From positions 5,792,001 to 5,856,000 of the forward strand of contig OZ253580.1 in NCBI GenBank assembly GCA_965263035.1: DNA of 64,000 nucleotides, in the 5' to 3' direction. This stretch comes from Acidobacteriota bacterium (lineage in GTDB: Bacteria > Acidobacteriota > UBA6911 > RPQK01 > JAJDTT01). The stretch's first letter is position 1; every line of letters starts with the position of its first letter. This document shows positions 61,239-64,000 of this stretch, one piece after another. The translations under genes and the position numbers were made by a program. The notes under the pieces were generated by a model, which ran no database searches, was not told where the DNA came from, and worked only from the letters and a program-made list of their open reading frames with translations.

Positions 61239-64000
61239 CTAAGTATACAGAGTGACGGAGCGTTTCCCAAAAAGATCTTCCACTGCAGTGACGAAGGAAG
61301 GAATCGGATTGACGGCAAGCTCCTGGACGGGGAACAGTCGAATTCGATACGACTCCTGCTCGACCAGCTCGAACTGCAGGGGGCACTTGCCAGGGTGACG
61401 GCTCACCAGATCATGAAGACCAGTGACCTTGTCGTTGTCGAGGGAGGGCAATGGGATGGTGATCCGCGCAGACTGGACGGCTCCGTTCCAGAGACTGTCC
61501 AGGGGGACCAGGTCGGAACAGAGGATACGCATCTTGCCACGGACGTCCGACTCGCATCGGCCGCGCAGCAACACCGGCGGAGCCGCCTCCAACAGCGATT
61601 GGCACCTCCGGTAGGCCTTGGGCCAGACCAGGACGTCCACGCTCCCCGTGAGATCCTCCAGGACGAAGGTCGCCATGGCGTCCCCTTTTCGAGTCGTCAG
61701 ACATTTGACCTCGCTGATCAACCCACCGATTGAGAGTTCCCGGCCTGCCGTCTCCTCGGAAACCTCATGCGTCTTGATGTCCGAGAAGCGAGCCAACTCG
61801 GCCTGGTAGCCCTTGAGAGGGTGACCAGTGACGTAGTGGCCCAGCGCCTCCTTCTCATACTGCCACTTCAGGGGGTCCGGCCATTCTCCCTCCGATTCGC
61901 TCCCGAACGGTTTGGCTGCCACCGGTCCCATCCCCAGCTGAAAGAGGTTCAGCTGTCCGCTGAGTCGATCCTTTTGCGCCTTTTGTGCCCTTTCGATGGA
62001 GCGGTCCAGGTTCTCCAACAACCCTCTTCGAGTATGGTTCAAGGAATCGAATGCTCCCGACTTGATCAGTGCCTCCAGGACCCGTTTGTTGAGGGTCCTC
62101 AAATCCACATGTTCCAGGAAGTGGGAAAAGCTGGTGAAGGACTCCATCTCATCTCGACACGAGAGGAGCGACCGAATGGCCGCCTCTCCCACGTTCCGGA
62201 TGGCGGCGAGACCGAAGTGAATGCTTTCTCCGCGTGCTGAGAAGTGGAGAGATCCGCTGTTGATGTTCGGTGGCCGGACCCGTATGCCCACGTCACGGCA
62301 TTCGTTCAGGTACCGGACCATCTTGTCGTTGTTGGAAATCTCGCTGGTGAGCAGGGCCGCCATGAACTGGACGGGATAGTGGCTCTTGAGATAGGCGGTC
62401 TGATAGGCCAGGATCGCATACGCCGTGGAGTGGCTCTTGTTGAAACCGTACCCCGCGAACTGCTCGATAAGATCGTAGATCTTCTGGGCCTTGTTCGGAT
62501 CGACGCCCCGTTCCCGACAGCCCTCCAGGAACTTCTTCTCCTGGCCCTGCATGACCTTCTTCTTCTTCTTTCCCATGGCCCGGCGCAGCAGGTCGGCTTC
62601 ACCCAGGGAGAAACCAGCCAGTTTGCTGGCAATCTGCATGACCTGTTCCTGGTACACGATGACCCCGTAGGTCTCTCGCAGGATCTCTTCCAGTTCGGGC
62701 ACTTCGTACCGGATCCGGACCTTGCCGTGCCGCCGCGCCACAAAATCGTCGATCATTCCGCCCTGGATGGGTCCGGGGCGATAGAGGGCATTCATGGCGA
62801 TGAGGTCTTCGAAACGGCTGGGCTGGAGCTGCTTCAGGATTTCCCTCATCCCCCGTGACTCGAACTGGAAGATGCCGGTGGTGCGGCCCTCGCAAAAGAG
62901 CCGGAAAGTCTCTTCATCCTGGAGATCGATCTCTTCCAGATTGATCTCCAGGTTCGACTGCTCTCGAACCTGCTCCAGGGTCTGGTCGATGAGTGTCAGC
63001 GTGGTCAGCGCCAGGAAATCCATCTTGAGGAGCCCCAGCCGCTCCAGGTCGTTCATGGTGTACTGGGTCGTAATTTCATGCTTGCTGGACTTGTACAGAG
63101 GAATGAGCTCAATGAGCGGTCTTGGAGCAATGACGATGCCGGCCGCATGGGTGGACGCGTGCCGGGCCAGCCCTTCGAGGCGTTGAGCCACATTCAGAAG
63201 CTGCTCGTAACGCTCGTCGCTGGATGTGAGCTCTCGCAGCTCCGTGACGGTCTTCAGGGATTTCTTCAAAGTGACGTCAGGACCCGTCGGGACCAGGCGA
63301 GCGATGCGGTCGACCTCTCCATAGGGGATGTTCAGTCCGCGCCCCACGTCCCGGATGGCTCCTCGGGCGGCCATGGTTCCGAAGGTGATGATCTGACTCA
63401 CGTTGTCGCGTCCGTACTTCCGGGTCACATAGTCAATGACCTCGTTCCGGCGGTGCATGCAGAAGTCGATATCGATGTCGGGCGGAGTGACCCGCTCCGG
63501 ATTCAAGAAACGTTCGAAGAGGAGACCATATTGGAGCGGGTCCACGTCGGTGATCTGCATGGCATACGAAACCAGGCTTCCGGCCGCCGATCCCCGACCG
63601 GGACCCACGGGGATTCCTTGTTCCCGCGCGTATCTCATGAAGTCCCAAACGATCAAGAAATACCCGGAAAATTTCAGCTTCCGGATCATGTCGATTTCCT
63701 GGTCCAGACGCTCGGAATACGCCTGCTGCGAAAGAGCCGGCCCGTCTGATGCCTGCCGCTTCTTCAAGGTCGGCAACCGCCGGGAAAACCCATCTCGAAC
63801 CACGGTCTCGAAATAGGAATCCAACGTATCTCCGGCGGGGACTTCGAACTCCGGAAACACGGATCCGGTGTCTTCCAACCGGAACTCACACTGCTCGGCA
63901 ACGGCCAGAGTGTTGGAAAGCGCTCCCGGGACGTGCCCGAAAAGCTGGGCCATTTGCTCTGGAGTCTTCAAGAAGAACTGATCGGTTCTGTAGCTCAGCC
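61239..64000 (-). CDS. dnaE: DNA polymerase III alpha subunit (5' part lies beyond the window)
   Basis: GPGRGSAAGS, FERFLNPER, PDIDIDF, HAAG, KMDFL, YGFNKSH. Confidence 0.97.
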   Translation of the reverse strand, partial: LSYRTDQFFLKTPEQMAQLFGHVPGALSNTLAVAEQCEFRLEDTGSVFPEFEVPAGDTLDSYFETVVRDGFSRRLPTLKKRQASDGPALSQQAYSERLDQEIDMIRKLKFSGYFLIVWDFMRYAREQGIPVGPGRGSAAGSLVSYAMQITDVDPLQYGLLFERFLNPERVTPPDIDIDFCMHRRNEVIDYVTRKYGRDNVSQIITFGTMAARGAIRDVGRGLNIPYGEVDRIARLVPTGPDVTLKKSLKTVTELRELTSSDERYEQLLNVAQRLEGLARHASTHAAGIVIAPRPLIELIPLYKSSKHEITTQYTMNDLERLGLLKMDFLALTTLTLIDQTLEQVREQSNLEINLEEIDLQDEETFRLFCEGRTTGIFQFESRGMREILKQLQPSRFEDLIAMNALYRPGPIQGGMIDDFVARRHGKVRIRYEVPELEEILRETYGVIVYQEQVMQIASKLAGFSLGEADLLRRAMGKKKKKVMQGQEKKFLEGCRERGVDPNKAQKIYDLIEQFAGYGFNKSHSTAYAILAYQTAYLKSHYPVQFMAALLTSEISNNDKMVRYLNECRDVGIRVRPPNINSGSLHFSARGESIHFGLAAIRNVGEAAIRSLLSCRDEMESFTSFSHFLEHVDLRTLNKRVLEALIKSGAFDSLNHTRRGLLENLDRSIERAQKAQKDRLSGQLNLFQLGMGPVAAKPFGSESEGEWPDPLKWQYEKEALGHYVTGHPLKGYQAELARFSDIKTHEVSEETAGRELSIGGLISEVKCLTTRKGDAMATFVLEDLTGSVDVLVWPKAYRRCQSLLEAAPPVLLRGRCESDVRGKMRILCSDLVPLDSLWNGAVQSARITIPLPSLDNDKVTGLHDLVSRHPGKCPLQFELVEQESYRIRLFPVQELAVNPIPSFVTAVEDLFGKRSVTLYT

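Overview
GC-rich bacterial chromosome segment. The 16S sequence looks most like Acidobacteriota, judged by eye only. Bases 1-33.2 kb are a dense block of mostly exported (Tat, Sec or lipoprotein) enzymes: a tandem cyclase, PhoX, two GT4 glycosyltransferases, three sialidase/BNR proteins (one broken by a 159-bp MITE), three GH32-like propellers and two GHL10-like TIM barrels, plus iolD, an Nramp transporter and tRNA-Arg(ACG). Next come nadE and a split rRNA operon. The 16S gene (35.9-37.4 kb) and the 23S-5S genes (51.6-54.8 kb) are about 14.2 kb apart, each has its own promoter, boxA and processing stem, and no spacer tRNAs are visible. The gap holds three things. First, a 10.08-kb IS4-family shell (37583-47659) with inverted repeats and a 9-bp target duplication, filled with IS481, IS21, serine-recombinase, DUF4338-IS4, IS3 (two copies), IS110 and IS4 elements. 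Second, glnA. Third, a group II intron placed just upstream of the 23S promoter. Both IS3 copies carry an unusually long, hairpin-rich non-coding 3' tail that includes an IS21-type end. The window ends with mutL, aspS, hisS, accA and a partial dnaE. All calls come from motif reading without database searches.
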